Source: Pseudomonadota bacterium (GTDB lineage: Bacteria > Pseudomonadota > Gammaproteobacteria > Pseudomonadales > Azotimanducaceae). From it: a DNA stretch of 55,109 nucleotides. The DNA is taken from the NCBI GenBank assembly GCA_027622495.1, contig JAQBYL010000001.1, positions 1 to 55,109 of the forward strand, given 5' to 3'. How positions within the stretch are numbered: position 1 is the stretch's first letter; the number at the start of each line of letters is the position of its first letter. Below, piece by piece: positions 1-10,063 of this stretch. The translations under genes were made by a program, and so were the position numbers. The notes beneath the pieces were generated by a model. That model was not told the origin of the DNA, made no database searches, and was given only the letters and a program-made list of their open reading frames with translations.

Positions 1-120
1 GCGCTTAAGTTTAAGCAAGCGGGGTTTGATGTTGCACCTCTTGCTGGTGGCCTGGATCAATGGCGGGCGCTGGATCTGCCCACGGAGATCCGGCCGCTTG
101 AACCGCTGGCGATCAGGTGA
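1..120 (+). CDS. 3' end of a rhodanese-like domain protein (5' part lies outside the window)
   Basis: Frame 1 is open from the window edge and reads ALKFKQAGFDVAPLAGGLDQWRALDLPTEIRPLEPLAIR, with a stop at 118-120. The pattern 'GF.V..L.GG...W' is typical of rhodanese C-termini. Confidence 0.4.
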   Translation, partial: ALKFKQAGFDVAPLAGGLDQWRALDLPTEIRPLEPLAIR

Positions 121-171
121 AGAGGCACAGGCGAGGTCTGGTTCAGAACAAGCGATGAATGGTTTCTTCTG

Positions 172-1554
172 TCATATCGCCCGGTGTGGTCCGCGTCTGA
201 TAAGCGCGCCCCGACCGGGTAACCCCGCAACGGTTTTACCCTCCACGACAACCTCGCCGCGGCTGATCGTGAACGCCGGCCAGCCGGTGACTTGAAAGCC
301 GTCGTAAGGTGAATAGTCTGCCCGGCTGTGCATGGTCGAACCATCGATGATCCGGGTTTCGTGATCATCCCAGATCACCATATCGGCGTCGCAGCCGACG
401 TTGATCGATCCCTTGCGTGGGTAAAGACCAAAGAGCTTTGCCGGGTTGGTGGAAGTGACAGCGACAAACTGCTCCAGACTGATTCGACCAGTTAACACAC
501 CGGTTGAGTAGAGCATTGGTAAGCTCGTCTCCAGATCGGCTACACCCTGGCGTAGATTTGTTGCGTCGAGTGCCGGGTCGAGTTTTTCAGCGAGCAACCA
601 CGGTGCGTGATCGGTAGCCAGCGTATCGATGTTGCCAAACGCAAGGGCTGCCCACATGGCATCCACATCCGATTGGTCGCGCAGAGGTGGCGCGCCCGCA
701 TACTTTGCCGCCTGCTCCTCGTCGAACCGCGCCCGCGTGAGGTGCAGATACATCGGCCTGGTTTCAACATACACAGGAACACCGCGGCGGCGTCCCTCGT
801 GACAGGCTTCCAGTGCTTGCGCACTTGCCAGGTGAACCACATAGCTCGGGCAACCGGTGGTCTCGCTGAAACCCACCGCGCGATGGGTGGCGACAGTTTC
901 GGCGTGGACTGGCCTGGTCTGTGGATAGTAGCTCGGTCCAAGAGTTCCGGCTTCGCGCAACAAAGTGCAGCAACACTGCATTATTGCGGCATCCTCACAG
1001 TGAATCATGGCGATACCACCGGCCTGTTTGACGATGCGCATGGCAGCAAGGAAATCTGGAACGTGCCGATCGAAACTGTTGAAGGAAAGAAAAAACTTGA
1101 TGGAGGTGTGGCCCTCGGCGTGCAGCGGGCGGATGGTGGCCAGGTTCTCCTCATCCGGGTGCATAAGCACCGGATGCAGGAAGTAGTCGGCGATACTCAT
1201 GCTGTCTGCTTCGGCGTTATCCCTTTCGATGGCATCCGCCATGGATTCGTTGCGTTCGGGAAAACACATGTTGCCAACTGTGGTGATGCCTCCGGCCACC
1301 GCCGCGCGAGACCCGCTCTCAAAGTCGTCGGCCCATTTCCAGCCGTCGGCCTGTCGAGTAGGCGGAGTGAGATGCACGTGCGGGTCAACACCCCCTGGGG
1401 TAATGAAACGACCGGATGCGTCAATCTCCCGCACCGCCCGCATCTTGCCGCCCATCTGAACCACCCGACCCTGGCTGATTCCCACGTCAACAGTAGATCT
1501 TCCACCAACAGTGACGACGGTTCCGCCGCGAATCAGCAAATCCAGATCAGGCAT
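172..1554 (-). CDS. Dihydropyrimidinase / D-hydantoinase family cyclic amidohydrolase
   Basis: 460-aa ORF. N-terminus is 'DLLIRGGTVVT'. Metal-binding motif 'DPHVHL' is present, as are 'TSIKFFLSF' (position of the carbamylated Lys) and 'MIHCED'. Length and C-terminal 'DADMVIWD' are typical of hydantoinases. Confidence 0.85.
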   Translation of the reverse strand: MPDLDLLIRGGTVVTVGGRSTVDVGISQGRVVQMGGKMRAVREIDASGRFITPGGVDPHVHLTPPTRQADGWKWADDFESGSRAAVAGGITTVGNMCFPERNESMADAIERDNAEADSMSIADYFLHPVLMHPDEENLATIRPLHAEGHTSIKFFLSFNSFDRHVPDFLAAMRIVKQAGGIAMIHCEDAAIMQCCCTLLREAGTLGPSYYPQTRPVHAETVATHRAVGFSETTGCPSYVVHLASAQALEACHEGRRRGVPVYVETRPMYLHLTRARFDEEQAAKYAGAPPLRDQSDVDAMWAALAFGNIDTLATDHAPWLLAEKLDPALDATNLRQGVADLETSLPMLYSTGVLTGRISLEQFVAVTSTNPAKLFGLYPRKGSINVGCDADMVIWDDHETRIIDGSTMHSRADYSPYDGFQVTGWPAFTISRGEVVVEGKTVAGLPGRGALIRRGPHRAI

Positions 1555-1712
1555 TTCAAATCCACACTCTTAATCCACACTCTTAAAATGGCTGGGGGCT
1601 ACGCGCTTAATGGTAGTACGGATTGATCCGGATAGCTCACGACCGTCTTCCGCGCTCGACGGATCATCGGTTATAGTCCAGGCATCTCAAGTGAGTTAGT
1701 TTCGGAGGGAAT

Positions 1713-2795
1713 GTGATCAGCATCAGAATCTGTACGCAAATCGGTTTGGTGCTGTTAGTCGCGTCAACCCTGGCTGTTGCACCTGCAACGGCAGGTGAAC
1801 ACAAGAGAACTGCTGCCGGTCGGCCTGATCTATCCGGGACCTATGACGCAGCTACTCTGACCCCACTACAGCGTCCGACCGCCTACGGTGAAAACCTTTA
1901 CCTGACCCAGGAAGAAGCTGAAAAGATCGCTACTGAAGAACGAACGCGTATGGCCGCCAGCGGCTCCGTGAGTAATCCCGAGCGGGATGCGCCACCTGAC
2001 GGGGGCGATGGTTCCCAGGGAGCCTCAGGGAATGTTGGGGGTTACAACACATTCTGGATCGATCGCGGAACCGATGCTTTTACCGTTGAGGGCAAATTTC
2101 GGACATCGATCATCATCGATCCGGTCAATGGCCGTATGCCGCCGATGACACCGCAGGCTCAGGCAAATCAGGCTAGTCAGTTCGCTGAATTCGCGCGTGG
2201 CAACGATGGAACCGCCTGGTGGCTGAACGAGAAAGGTGAGGGAGAAGGCCCGTTTGACAACATGGAGCAGCGCAACTCCGCAGAGCGATGCCTGTTGGGT
2301 TTCACCGGGGTCGCACCGGTGCTGCCAAGCCTCTACAACAATTTTAAGAGAATCGTTCAAACCGAAGATCACGTGATGATCCTGATCGAGATGGTGCACG
2401 ATGCGCGAATTGTACGCATGAATTCCGAGCACCTGCCCGCGCATGTGACCAAATGGTTAGGAGATTCGATCGGCTGGTGGGAAGGCGATACCTTAGTTGT
2501 AGATACCACCAACTTCAGGCCCGAAACCAGTCGTCGCGGATCGCCCGAAACCAATCATGTTGTCGAACGTTTCAGCCTCACAGAACAGGGTGACGTACTA
2601 TACAGCTTTACGGTTGAGAATCCCGGGGTCTGGACCGCACCGTGGACAGGCGAGTACGTCTGGCGATCAAGCGATGAGCAGGTGTTTGAATACGCCTGTC
2701 ATGAAGGCAACTATGCACTGGGCAACATCATGCGCGGTGCCCGTCTGCTGGAGCAGGACATCATCTCCACGGTTGGTGCTGGCGGGCAGGAATAA
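1713..2795 (+). CDS. Exported conserved protein of unknown function (paralog of 54215..55109)
   Basis: GTG start 4 nt after a GGAGGG Shine-Dalgarno sequence. Signal-peptide-like N-terminus (LVLLVASTLAVAPATA). Contains a Gly-rich segment. Long identical blocks are shared with the ORF at the right window edge. Confidence 0.7.
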   Translation: MISIRICTQIGLVLLVASTLAVAPATAGEHKRTAAGRPDLSGTYDAATLTPLQRPTAYGENLYLTQEEAEKIATEERTRMAASGSVSNPERDAPPDGGDGSQGASGNVGGYNTFWIDRGTDAFTVEGKFRTSIIIDPVNGRMPPMTPQAQANQASQFAEFARGNDGTAWWLNEKGEGEGPFDNMEQRNSAERCLLGFTGVAPVLPSLYNNFKRIVQTEDHVMILIEMVHDARIVRMNSEHLPAHVTKWLGDSIGWWEGDTLVVDTTNFRPETSRRGSPETNHVVERFSLTEQGDVLYSFTVENPGVWTAPWTGEYVWRSSDEQVFEYACHEGNYALGNIMRGARLLEQDIISTVGAGGQE

Positions 2796-2818
2796 GCACC
2801 TGCCATGGAGATCATCTA

Positions 2819-3832
2819 GTGCAGAAACATTATCGTATCGTTGGAGGCCTCGGCTCACCCTACTCAATGAAAATGCGCGCAGTGTTCCGCTATCGGCGCC
2901 TTCCGCACATATTTGAGATGCGCAACGGCGCGGTGCGCGACGAAGTTGCCCATGTCCGCCCATCGATCATACCGATGGTTCGCGGTGCTGATGATGCAGA
3001 CTGGATGGTGGACTCCACACCGATCATCTACGAACTGGAAGCCCGCCACGCGGATGATCGATCGGTTTTGCCTGATGATCGCGGCGATCGATTTCTGGCT
3101 GAGCTGATCGAAGACTTTGCCGATGAATGGCTGACCAAGGCGATGTTCCACTACCGCTGGTTTTATGCAACTGATCGCGGTTTCAGTTCGTTCTGGATTG
3201 CCAGTGATCAGGTGGTCGGACCGAACGCTTCGCGTTCGACCAGGCAGGCGTTCGCTGATCAGATTACTGATCGCCAGGTTGGCCGCATGGCTCTGGTTGG
3301 TTGCACCGAGGCAAACAAGCCGGTTATTGAAAGGTCTTATGAGCGGGTTCTGGACGCGCTCGAGCCACAGGTTGGTTATGGTCAGTTTCTTTATGGCACC
3401 AGACCATCGATCGGGGACTTTGGTCTGTTCGGTCAACTCAAGACGCTCTCTGACGACCCGACACCGCAATGGCTGATGCGCCAGCGCGCGCCAACCGTGT
3501 GTCACTGGATCAGGCAGCTCGATGACCTGTCTGGATTGACAGGTGATTGGAGGCAGGCGTCGGAACCGGTTTCTCCTGCGGTGCTCGATCTGCTTGGAAT
3601 CTGCGGCGATACCTATCTGCCGTTTCTCAACGCAAACGAAAGGGCAATCAGATCAGATGCCCACGAGGTCACGCTTGATATCCAGGGTCAGGAATTTTCT
3701 CAGCCTGCGTTCCGCTATCAGGCCAAGTGTTATTCGAGGTTGAAGGGTCTGTACAAGGGCCTCGATTCTGCAGAAAAAGCCAGGATTAACGATGTTCTGG
3801 ATCAGACCGGTTGTCTGAAATGGTTGGATTGA
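2819..3832 (+). CDS. Glutathione S-transferase family protein
   Basis: 337-aa ORF. The N-terminus 'YRIVGGLGSPYSMKMRAVFRYRRLP' looks like a thioredoxin-fold GST N-domain with an SPY motif, followed by a helical C-domain. Start is GTG at 2819. Confidence 0.65.
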   Translation: MQKHYRIVGGLGSPYSMKMRAVFRYRRLPHIFEMRNGAVRDEVAHVRPSIIPMVRGADDADWMVDSTPIIYELEARHADDRSVLPDDRGDRFLAELIEDFADEWLTKAMFHYRWFYATDRGFSSFWIASDQVVGPNASRSTRQAFADQITDRQVGRMALVGCTEANKPVIERSYERVLDALEPQVGYGQFLYGTRPSIGDFGLFGQLKTLSDDPTPQWLMRQRAPTVCHWIRQLDDLSGLTGDWRQASEPVSPAVLDLLGICGDTYLPFLNANERAIRSDAHEVTLDIQGQEFSQPAFRYQAKCYSRLKGLYKGLDSAEKARINDVLDQTGCLKWLD

Positions 3833-3971
3833 CGAACCGTTTGTCTGCGGCCTTGCCCTGATGATCTTCCCTTAATTCGTTGCGGACACGACGGTTCTGG
3901 TTGTGTTTGGATCATTACTGGTTCTGGCAGGTTTGTTCGTCAGGATCTGATTGACCAGTATAAAGGCAGTT

Positions 3972-4853
3972 ATGAGAATCACTTTTTTAGGTGGAACGGA
4001 AACGGTCTGCCTGTGCTGTACAAGCAGGGCTATCGTGGGCCGATTTACACCCACCTCGGCAAGCATGCTCATCCGGAGCCGCTTCCGCCTCTTGATCTGC
4101 TGCTCATGGAATCGACGTATGGAGATCGACGCCACGAAGAGCAGGATCCTTTTACGCGGCTTACCGATCTGGCCTTAGGGATTGCGCGTAGAGGTGGTGT
4201 TTTACTGATACCTGCTTTTGCGGTTGGGCCGGGCTCAGGCACTGCAGCATCTGTTTGTCAGGTTGATGGCGAAAGGAGCCATACCCAGAATGCCGATCTA
4301 TCTCGACAGTCCGATGGCGATTGATGTAACGGATATGTTCTGTCGCTTTCACGACCACCACAGATTGAGCGATGACGAGTGTCGTGATATGTGTCGAGCT
4401 GTCACGTTTACGCGAGGCGTCGACGAGTCCAAGGCAATCACCGAGCAGGCGTTTCCCCACATCATTATCGCTGGCAGCGGCATGGCGACGGGTGGACGGA
4501 TACTTCACCATTTCAAGCGCCTTCTTAGTGAGTCGAAGACCACTGTGTTATTCACCGGTTATCAGGCCGGAGGAACCCGCGGTGCGAAAATGCTCGCTGG
4601 TGCGGGTTCGGTGAAGATCCATGGTGAGTGGTTTCCGGTCAAGGCAAAGGTGGAGGTCATATCCAGTCTGTCGGGTCACGCGGACTACCTTGAGTTGACT
4701 GACTGGTTGAAACGATCGCAAGTGAGTTCGTCCACAGCGATTCAACTTGTTCATGGCGACCCCGAGGCGCTTGAGGGGTTGCGGGTTCACCTGCAGGAAA
4801 ACACCAGTTTTTCTGTCGGCGTGGCTGACTATCGGAGCATTTTGCGCATCTAA
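3972..4853 (+). pseudogene. Decayed beta-CASP / metallo-beta-lactamase-fold RNA-metabolising hydrolase gene
   Basis: Homologous pieces lie in three frames. 'MRITFLGGTETV' is in the 3951 frame. 'LYKQGYRGPIYT...DLLLMESTYGDRRH...GGVLLIPAFAVG' is in the 4013 frame. 'RAQALQHL...PIYLDSPMA...IIAGSGMATGGRILHH...LSGHADYLEL...LVHGDPE' is in the 4218 frame. The HxHxDH region and most of the MBL core are missing. Confidence 0.75.
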
Positions 4854-5041
4854 CCGACCGGATCGCAGATCGGGTCAGTGGCCTGCCAGGCCCTGATCCC
4901 GGTCGTGTGGGGCTTCTTCTGGAAAGAACCTGGATTGCGCGTATACTCAATGGTCCGGAGTTCGAAACATCGACCCGGTGTCAGCGGTATTACGTCACCG
5001 TGGTTGAAGACTTTTCAAAGCTAACAAACGAGGGTTTCCTC

Positions 5042-5836
5042 ATGGCTCAAGAAGTTCTTTTCAGCGACCTGCAAATCTCCTCAAACGACATCAGGATCCG
5101 CAAGATCGGCCTCAATGATCTGCGCCAGTCGTTGATTGAGGGGTACCACGACTTTAACGCTAAACCCAGCTTCGGGTTGTTCCTGATCGTGATGTACTCA
5201 CTGTTCGCACTGCTTTTCACGCGGATCATTCTCGGCGAGAATCTGCTGTATCTCGCGTTTCCGGTGGTTGCCGGGTTGACCCTGATCGGCCCGGTTGTGT
5301 CGGTTGTTTTGTTTGAGATGAGCAGGCGGCGTGAGCAGGGTCTGGACCTGCGATGGCAGTCGGCCTTTAACTTTGTTCACACCTCTTCGTTCGCACCGAT
5401 CGTGTTACTGTCGATTGTAATGATGCTGCTCTATGTGGCCTGGGTTTACATGGCGCAGTTTCTTTACTTCGGCGTGTTTGGTGAGGTCCCGCCGGAATCG
5501 ATGTCGGTGTTTCTGACCGATATGCTCACAACCCGAGAAGGGGTGGGCTTTGCGCTCTATGGAACCGCCCTTGGTTTTCTGTTTGCATTTACCGCTCTGG
5601 CGATCTCTGTGGTTGCATTCCCACTGTTGCTGGACAAACCGGCGAGTTCGTTCACTGCCGTCAGTGCGTCCGTGAGAGCGGTGACGACCAATCCGCTGAC
5701 CATGGCTGTGTGGGCATTGGTTGTGGTTGCGCTGCTCGCCGTGGGTGCGGCGCTGTTCCTGATTGGTCTTGCTGCGATCCTGCCGATACTGGGCCACTCA
5801 ACCTGGCATCTGTATCGCAGGCTCGTGGAGGATTGA
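5042..5836 (+). CDS. Polytopic membrane protein, DUF2189-like
   Basis: An ATG at 5042 lies inside the 4907 ORF. After a polar N-terminus there are about 5 hydrophobic helices. The family name comes from recollection of the 'GY.DF...P' N-terminal pattern only. Confidence 0.55.
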   Translation: MAQEVLFSDLQISSNDIRIRKIGLNDLRQSLIEGYHDFNAKPSFGLFLIVMYSLFALLFTRIILGENLLYLAFPVVAGLTLIGPVVSVVLFEMSRRREQGLDLRWQSAFNFVHTSSFAPIVLLSIVMMLLYVAWVYMAQFLYFGVFGEVPPESMSVFLTDMLTTREGVGFALYGTALGFLFAFTALAISVVAFPLLLDKPASSFTAVSASVRAVTTNPLTMAVWALVVVALLAVGAALFLIGLAAILPILGHSTWHLYRRLVED

Positions 5837-5850
5837 GTCGCGGGGTCTGA

Positions 5851-5885
5851 TTTTTTTTTGCGACAGATCCAACGGGATCTGTCGC
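5851..5885. terminator. Hairpin between convergent genes (candidate terminator)
   Basis: T9 run at 5851-5859. This is followed by a perfect 11-bp stem, GCGACAGATCC (5860-5870) pairing with GGATCTGTCGC (5875-5885), with a 4-nt loop. The U-tract lies on the 5' side for the + strand and an A-tract follows on the - strand, so the geometry is atypical. Confidence 0.4.
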
Positions 5886-5917
5886 AATCCTTATCGCTCC
5901 TCAAACGGTGATCGCCG

Positions 5918-7240
5918 TTAGTACGTCCGGAGCAGGGCCTGGTAGGTGGCGACTCTGAGGTCCGGCCGATAGGATGGCCAACCGCCCATCAGCTGCATCA
6001 TGCTGACCACCACAATCTGTTCAACCGGATCAATCCAGAAAACGGTCCCGGCAGCGCCACCCCAGTAGTACTCACCCACGCTTCCCATCACACCGCTTGC
6101 GGCGGTATCGGTGACGAGCCCGAAGCCGAGACCGAAGCCGAACCCGGTTAGGGGCTGGTCAACAAGAGTCGGCTGCTCGCCTGAGCCCCCGCCCGAGACA
6201 CTCGCCGGAAGATGGTTGGTTGCCATATAGGCAACGGTTTTTGGACTTAAGATCCGGGCGCCATCGAGTTCGCCGCCATTGCGCATGGCTTCGGCAAATC
6301 GCAGGTAATCGATGGCAGTCGACACCAGCCCACCACCACCGGAAAACAATGTCACGTCGTTGTAATCACACATCGCCCGGCAGTTGGCAAAAATTTCTGC
6401 ACCTGCCTCGGTGCTGCCTTGCGGGGCAACCGACCTGGGCTTTTTTGTTTCCGGATCGAGAAAATGGTTTGGCAGAAAGCGGGACTGTTTGACGTCGGGA
6501 ACGGCAAAAAAGGTGTCGACCATGCCCAGCGGTTGAAAGATGTGCTCGCTCAGGTACTCGTCAAAACGCTGACCGCTGAGCCGTTGCACCACCAGACCGG
6601 TAACGTCTACGGCCACAGAATAGTGCCAGCGCTCGCCCGGTTCGAACATCAGCGGTAGCTGACCCAGCCTGCTGGCAAAGTCATCCAGGTCCGCCGAACC
6701 CCACAGATCCGCCTCGATATAGAGCTTGTCCACCGGATTGTTCGCATCGAAGCCATAGGAAAAACCGGCCGTGTGGCTGAGTAACTGCTGCATGGTCATC
6801 TGCGTCTTTGCCGGCGTTCTAACCCCGTCCTTCATAACAGTGAGGTTGGCAAGTTCCGGGACGAACTTAGAAACCGGATCAGTGAGTTGAAACTTACCCT
6901 GCTCATAAAGCTGCATTGCGGCCACTGCCGTGATCGGTTTGGTCATGGAATAGATCCGGAACAGATCATCCTCCGCCAGCGGTCGCGGATCTTCGGAGCC
7001 TTTGTTCCCGGCGGAGTTGAAATACACGATCTTTCCATCACGGGCTACAGCGGTAACCAGGCCGACGATTTTACCTTCATCAATGTAACGCTGATTCATT
7101 CGCTCGACCTGCTGGATTCGCTCGCTCGACATCCCCACCTTTTCCGGTTTTACTGTCGGCATTTCACTGGCGTGGACCGTCGCGCAGACGAGCACTAACG
7201 TGATCACTATCAGACTTTTGTTCATCTCTTTTCCTCTCAA
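5918..7240 (-). CDS. Exported serine hydrolase, beta-lactamase (class C / esterase EstB-like) family
   Basis: Signal peptide 'LIVITLVLVCATVHA'. SxxK motif 'YSMTKP'. Length is about 440 aa, and the 'LLSHTAGF' block is typical of the family. Confidence 0.85.
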   Translation of the reverse strand: MRGKEMNKSLIVITLVLVCATVHASEMPTVKPEKVGMSSERIQQVERMNQRYIDEGKIVGLVTAVARDGKIVYFNSAGNKGSEDPRPLAEDDLFRIYSMTKPITAVAAMQLYEQGKFQLTDPVSKFVPELANLTVMKDGVRTPAKTQMTMQQLLSHTAGFSYGFDANNPVDKLYIEADLWGSADLDDFASRLGQLPLMFEPGERWHYSVAVDVTGLVVQRLSGQRFDEYLSEHIFQPLGMVDTFFAVPDVKQSRFLPNHFLDPETKKPRSVAPQGSTEAGAEIFANCRAMCDYNDVTLFSGGGGLVSTAIDYLRFAEAMRNGGELDGARILSPKTVAYMATNHLPASVSGGGSGEQPTLVDQPLTGFGFGLGFGLVTDTAASGVMGSVGEYYWGGAAGTVFWIDPVEQIVVVSMMQLMGGWPSYRPDLRVATYQALLRTY

Positions 7241-7648
7241 AACAGCCTGTCAATTAGCATCTGTTTCCAACCCTAGCGCACTTTTTCGAAGTTTGCTCGC
7301 CCAGGGATACCAATGAGCCTTGCTGAAACTCTGCTGCGTCTCGGCTGCAGCTTTGTTGCCTGGCTGGTGCTGTACACCCACTGCCTCTGGTTGCCTTTGT
7401 TCCTCTGGCAATCTGGTCTGTTGCGTCAACCCTGCTGACTGTGTGTGGCGAACCCGCTTTCTGGCCTGTGTGGTGGGCACCCGTGCAGTTAGTTACCCTC
7501 GGGTTTATCGCGTTCATGGTCTTGCGCAACTGGCGGAGTGCAGGAAGCCAGTAAAATCAATGAGTTGTAGACGTTTTAACGCGATGCTATAACTGCTGTC
7601 ATGGAGAAGCCGAGGGGGCTTTGACAAGTAAACGCAAGAGGGGAAAGC

Positions 7649-8053
7649 ATGAGCATGCTTACCGAATTTAAAGATTTTGCCATGCGCGGCAACGTAGTTG
7701 ATATGGCTGTCGGTATTGTGATGGGCGGTGCATTCGGCAAAATTGTATCGTCGTTCGTAGCCGACGTACTGATGCCTCCGATAGGCCTGATTCTCGGAGG
7801 CGTCGACTTCAGCGACCTTGCGGTTACTCTAAGCGAAGCGACCGCCGATGCCGCAGCGGTCACATTGAAGTACGGTGCGTTTGTGCAGACCCTTGTAGAC
7901 TTTCTGATCATTGCGTTTGCAATCTTCATGGTGGTCAAGGCGATGAACTCGCTGAAAAAAGAAGAACCACCAGCTGAACCCGCGGCACCGCCACCGCCGA
8001 GTACTGAAGTTGTTCTGTTGACCGAGATCCGCGACGCTCTTCGTACGTCTTAG
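7649..8053 (+). CDS. mscL: Large-conductance mechanosensitive channel
   Basis: 134 aa. Reads '[41 protein letters not shown]', the canonical MscL TM1 and periplasmic-loop signature. Confidence 0.95.
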   Translation: MSMLTEFKDFAMRGNVVDMAVGIVMGGAFGKIVSSFVADVLMPPIGLILGGVDFSDLAVTLSEATADAAAVTLKYGAFVQTLVDFLIIAFAIFMVVKAMNSLKKEEPPAEPAAPPPPSTEVVLLTEIRDALRTS

Positions 8054-8068
8054 GGTATTCGCCGGCTC

Positions 8069-8102
8069 ATGACGGGAGTTGCACGCACGCGCCTCCCGTC
8101 AT
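8069..8102 (+). terminator. Hairpin downstream of mscL (weak terminator candidate)
   Basis: Perfect 10-bp inverted repeat, ATGACGGGAG (8069-8078) pairing with CTCCCGTCAT (8093-8102), with a 14-nt loop. No U-tract follows. Confidence 0.3.
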
Positions 8103-8251
8103 CTAACCTATGAAATGCAGAAATCTTCTGGAGGGGGGTAAGGGATTCCGGATCCTCTCGCCCATCAGGGGTGGTTCAAGTGGGAATTTCCAGCGTTTCG
8201 ATGAGCAAGTCATCCGTGTATTCTGATCATTTGCCTGGAGGCTAATGAGCT

Positions 8252-10051
8252 ATGCAGAAAAGCGACGCGACCGACCTGGGCTTCGATCCCGATGCATTGC
8301 GCGAAAAATACCGAATCGAACGCGACAAGCGTTTACGCGCGGACGGAAACACCCAGTATCGGCAGGTGGAAGGCGACTTTTCACACTATGTAGACGACCC
8401 CTACATTGATGCAGTGATCGATCGCGAGCCGCTTCGTGATGAGGTAGATGTGCTGATCATCGGTGGTGGCTTTGGTGGTCTGATCACCGGTGCGCGGTTG
8501 CGTGAAGCCGGTGTGCAGAACCTGCGGATCATCGAAAAAGGCGGTGATTTTGGTGGCACCTGGTACTGGAACCGCTATCCGGGTGCCGCCTGTGATACCG
8601 AATCCTACATCTATCTGCCACTTCTGGAAGAACTCGACTTCGTCCCGAAAGAGAAATACACCCACGCACCGGAAATTCTGCAGCACTGCCACAATATCGG
8701 TGAAAAGTACGACCTGTATCGATGCGCATGCTTTCAGACCCAGGTAACGGGGCTTGAATGGGATGAGGTGGCCGCGCGGTGGATTGTGCACACAAATCGG
8801 GATGATGCGATGCGCGCCCGGTTCGTGATCATGAACAATGGACCGCTCAGCCGGCCAAAACTACCCGGGATTGACGGGATCGAGACCTATAAGGGGCACA
8901 CATTTCACACCAGCCGCTGGGATTATCAATACACCGGTGGTGGACCGGATGGCGATTTGAGCGGTCTTGCAGACAAACGGGTCGCGATTATCGGAACCGG
9001 TGCGACGGCGGTGCAGTGTGTGCCGCATGTGGGTGCTTCAGCGCGTCAATTGTACGTCTTTCAACGCACGCCTTCGTCAATCGATGTGCGGGCTAACCGG
9101 CCGACAGATCCGACGTGGGCAGCATCACTCGAGCCAGGCTGGCAACGAAAGCGGATGGAGAATTTCAACACGCTGTGTTCCGGCGGAATCGTGGAAGAAG
9201 ACCTGGTGCACGACGGCTGGACCGAGATTATCCGTAACCTGATCTCCATGGCCAACTACCGTGGCAAAGACACTGACTGGTCGAAAGTGCCGGAACTAAT
9301 GGAACTTGCCGATTTTCAGAAAATGGAGCAGATCCGCGCCCGGGTGGACACCCTGGTGGAAGACACGGCGACTGCCGAAGCGCTCAAACCCTACTACCGG
9401 CAATTCTGCAAACGACCGTGCTTCCATGATGCCTATCTGCAGACGTTTAACCTCGACAATGTCGATCTGATCGATACGGCCGGACAGGGCGTAGAACGTA
9501 TCACCGAAAAGGGTGTGGTTGCGAATGGTGTGGAATATCCAGTCGACTGCATCATTTTTGCGACCGGTTTTGAAGTTGGCACGGAGTACACCCGCCGTGC
9601 CGGTTATGATCTGATTGGCAAAGGCGGTCTCAAGTTGAGTGACAAGTGGGCCGACGGAATGCGGACCTTCCATGGTCTGCATACGCGTGGTTTTCCTAAC
9701 CTGTTTGTCATGAGCAATTCACAGGCAGCATTCACCACTAATTTTCCACACGCCATGGACGAAGCAGCCCACCACATCTGTTACATCATCAACCAGGCTC
9801 TCAGCGGCAACATCGCAACCATAGAAGCAAGCCAGGAAGCCGAAGATGCCTGGGTTGAGGAAATCATAACTCTTGCGCGTTACAACGAAGAATATCTTGC
9901 GTCCTGCACACCCGGTTACTACAACAACGAAGGTAAACCGAATCCAAAGAGCATCCAGAATGGTGCTTACGGCAAGGGGTCGAACCCTTACTTCAGGATT
10001 GTTAACGCCTGGCGCGAAGAGGGTTCCATGCAGGGGCTCGAGATCAACTGA
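8252..10051 (+). CDS. Type I Baeyer-Villiger monooxygenase (FAD/NADPH), long-form (about 600 aa)
   Basis: Rossmann motif '[11 protein letters not shown]'. '[16 protein letters not shown]' is present. BVMO fingerprint '[12 protein letters not shown]' is present. Second Rossmann motif '[12 protein letters not shown]'. Confidence 0.9.
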   Translation: MQKSDATDLGFDPDALREKYRIERDKRLRADGNTQYRQVEGDFSHYVDDPYIDAVIDREPLRDEVDVLIIGGGFGGLITGARLREAGVQNLRIIEKGGDFGGTWYWNRYPGAACDTESYIYLPLLEELDFVPKEKYTHAPEILQHCHNIGEKYDLYRCACFQTQVTGLEWDEVAARWIVHTNRDDAMRARFVIMNNGPLSRPKLPGIDGIETYKGHTFHTSRWDYQYTGGGPDGDLSGLADKRVAIIGTGATAVQCVPHVGASARQLYVFQRTPSSIDVRANRPTDPTWAASLEPGWQRKRMENFNTLCSGGIVEEDLVHDGWTEIIRNLISMANYRGKDTDWSKVPELMELADFQKMEQIRARVDTLVEDTATAEALKPYYRQFCKRPCFHDAYLQTFNLDNVDLIDTAGQGVERITEKGVVANGVEYPVDCIIFATGFEVGTEYTRRAGYDLIGKGGLKLSDKWADGMRTFHGLHTRGFPNLFVMSNSQAAFTTNFPHAMDEAAHHICYIINQALSGNIATIEASQEAEDAWVEEIITLARYNEEYLASCTPGYYNNEGKPNPKSIQNGAYGKGSNPYFRIVNAWREEGSMQGLEIN

Positions 10052-10063
10052 AAGCCAGGGTCA

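Noticed and set aside
607-1626. Long antisense ORFs overlapping well-supported genes. Examples: 607..1626 (+), 11021..12082 (+), 13341..14045 (-), 15911..16624 (-), 17158..18015 (-), 29600..30661 (-), 12398..12934 (-).
   Set aside because: Each lies opposite a gene with strong family motifs. Their translations are Arg/Gly/His-rich with no recognisable motifs, typical of shadow ORFs in moderately GC-rich DNA.
7313-7554. Possible small two-helix membrane protein in the 400-bp gap upstream of mscL. It comprises MSLAETLLRLGCSFVAWLVLYTHCLWLPLFLWQSGLLRQPC* (7313-7441) and, in another frame, ...GEPAFWPVWWAPVQLVTLGFIAFMVLRNWRSAGSQ* (ending 7554).
   Set aside because: It needs a frameshift to join the two pieces. 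I saw no clear Shine-Dalgarno sequence and recognised no family. Hydrophobic-looking peptides arise easily from T/G-rich sequence. It is worth a quick blastx but is not reportable as a feature.
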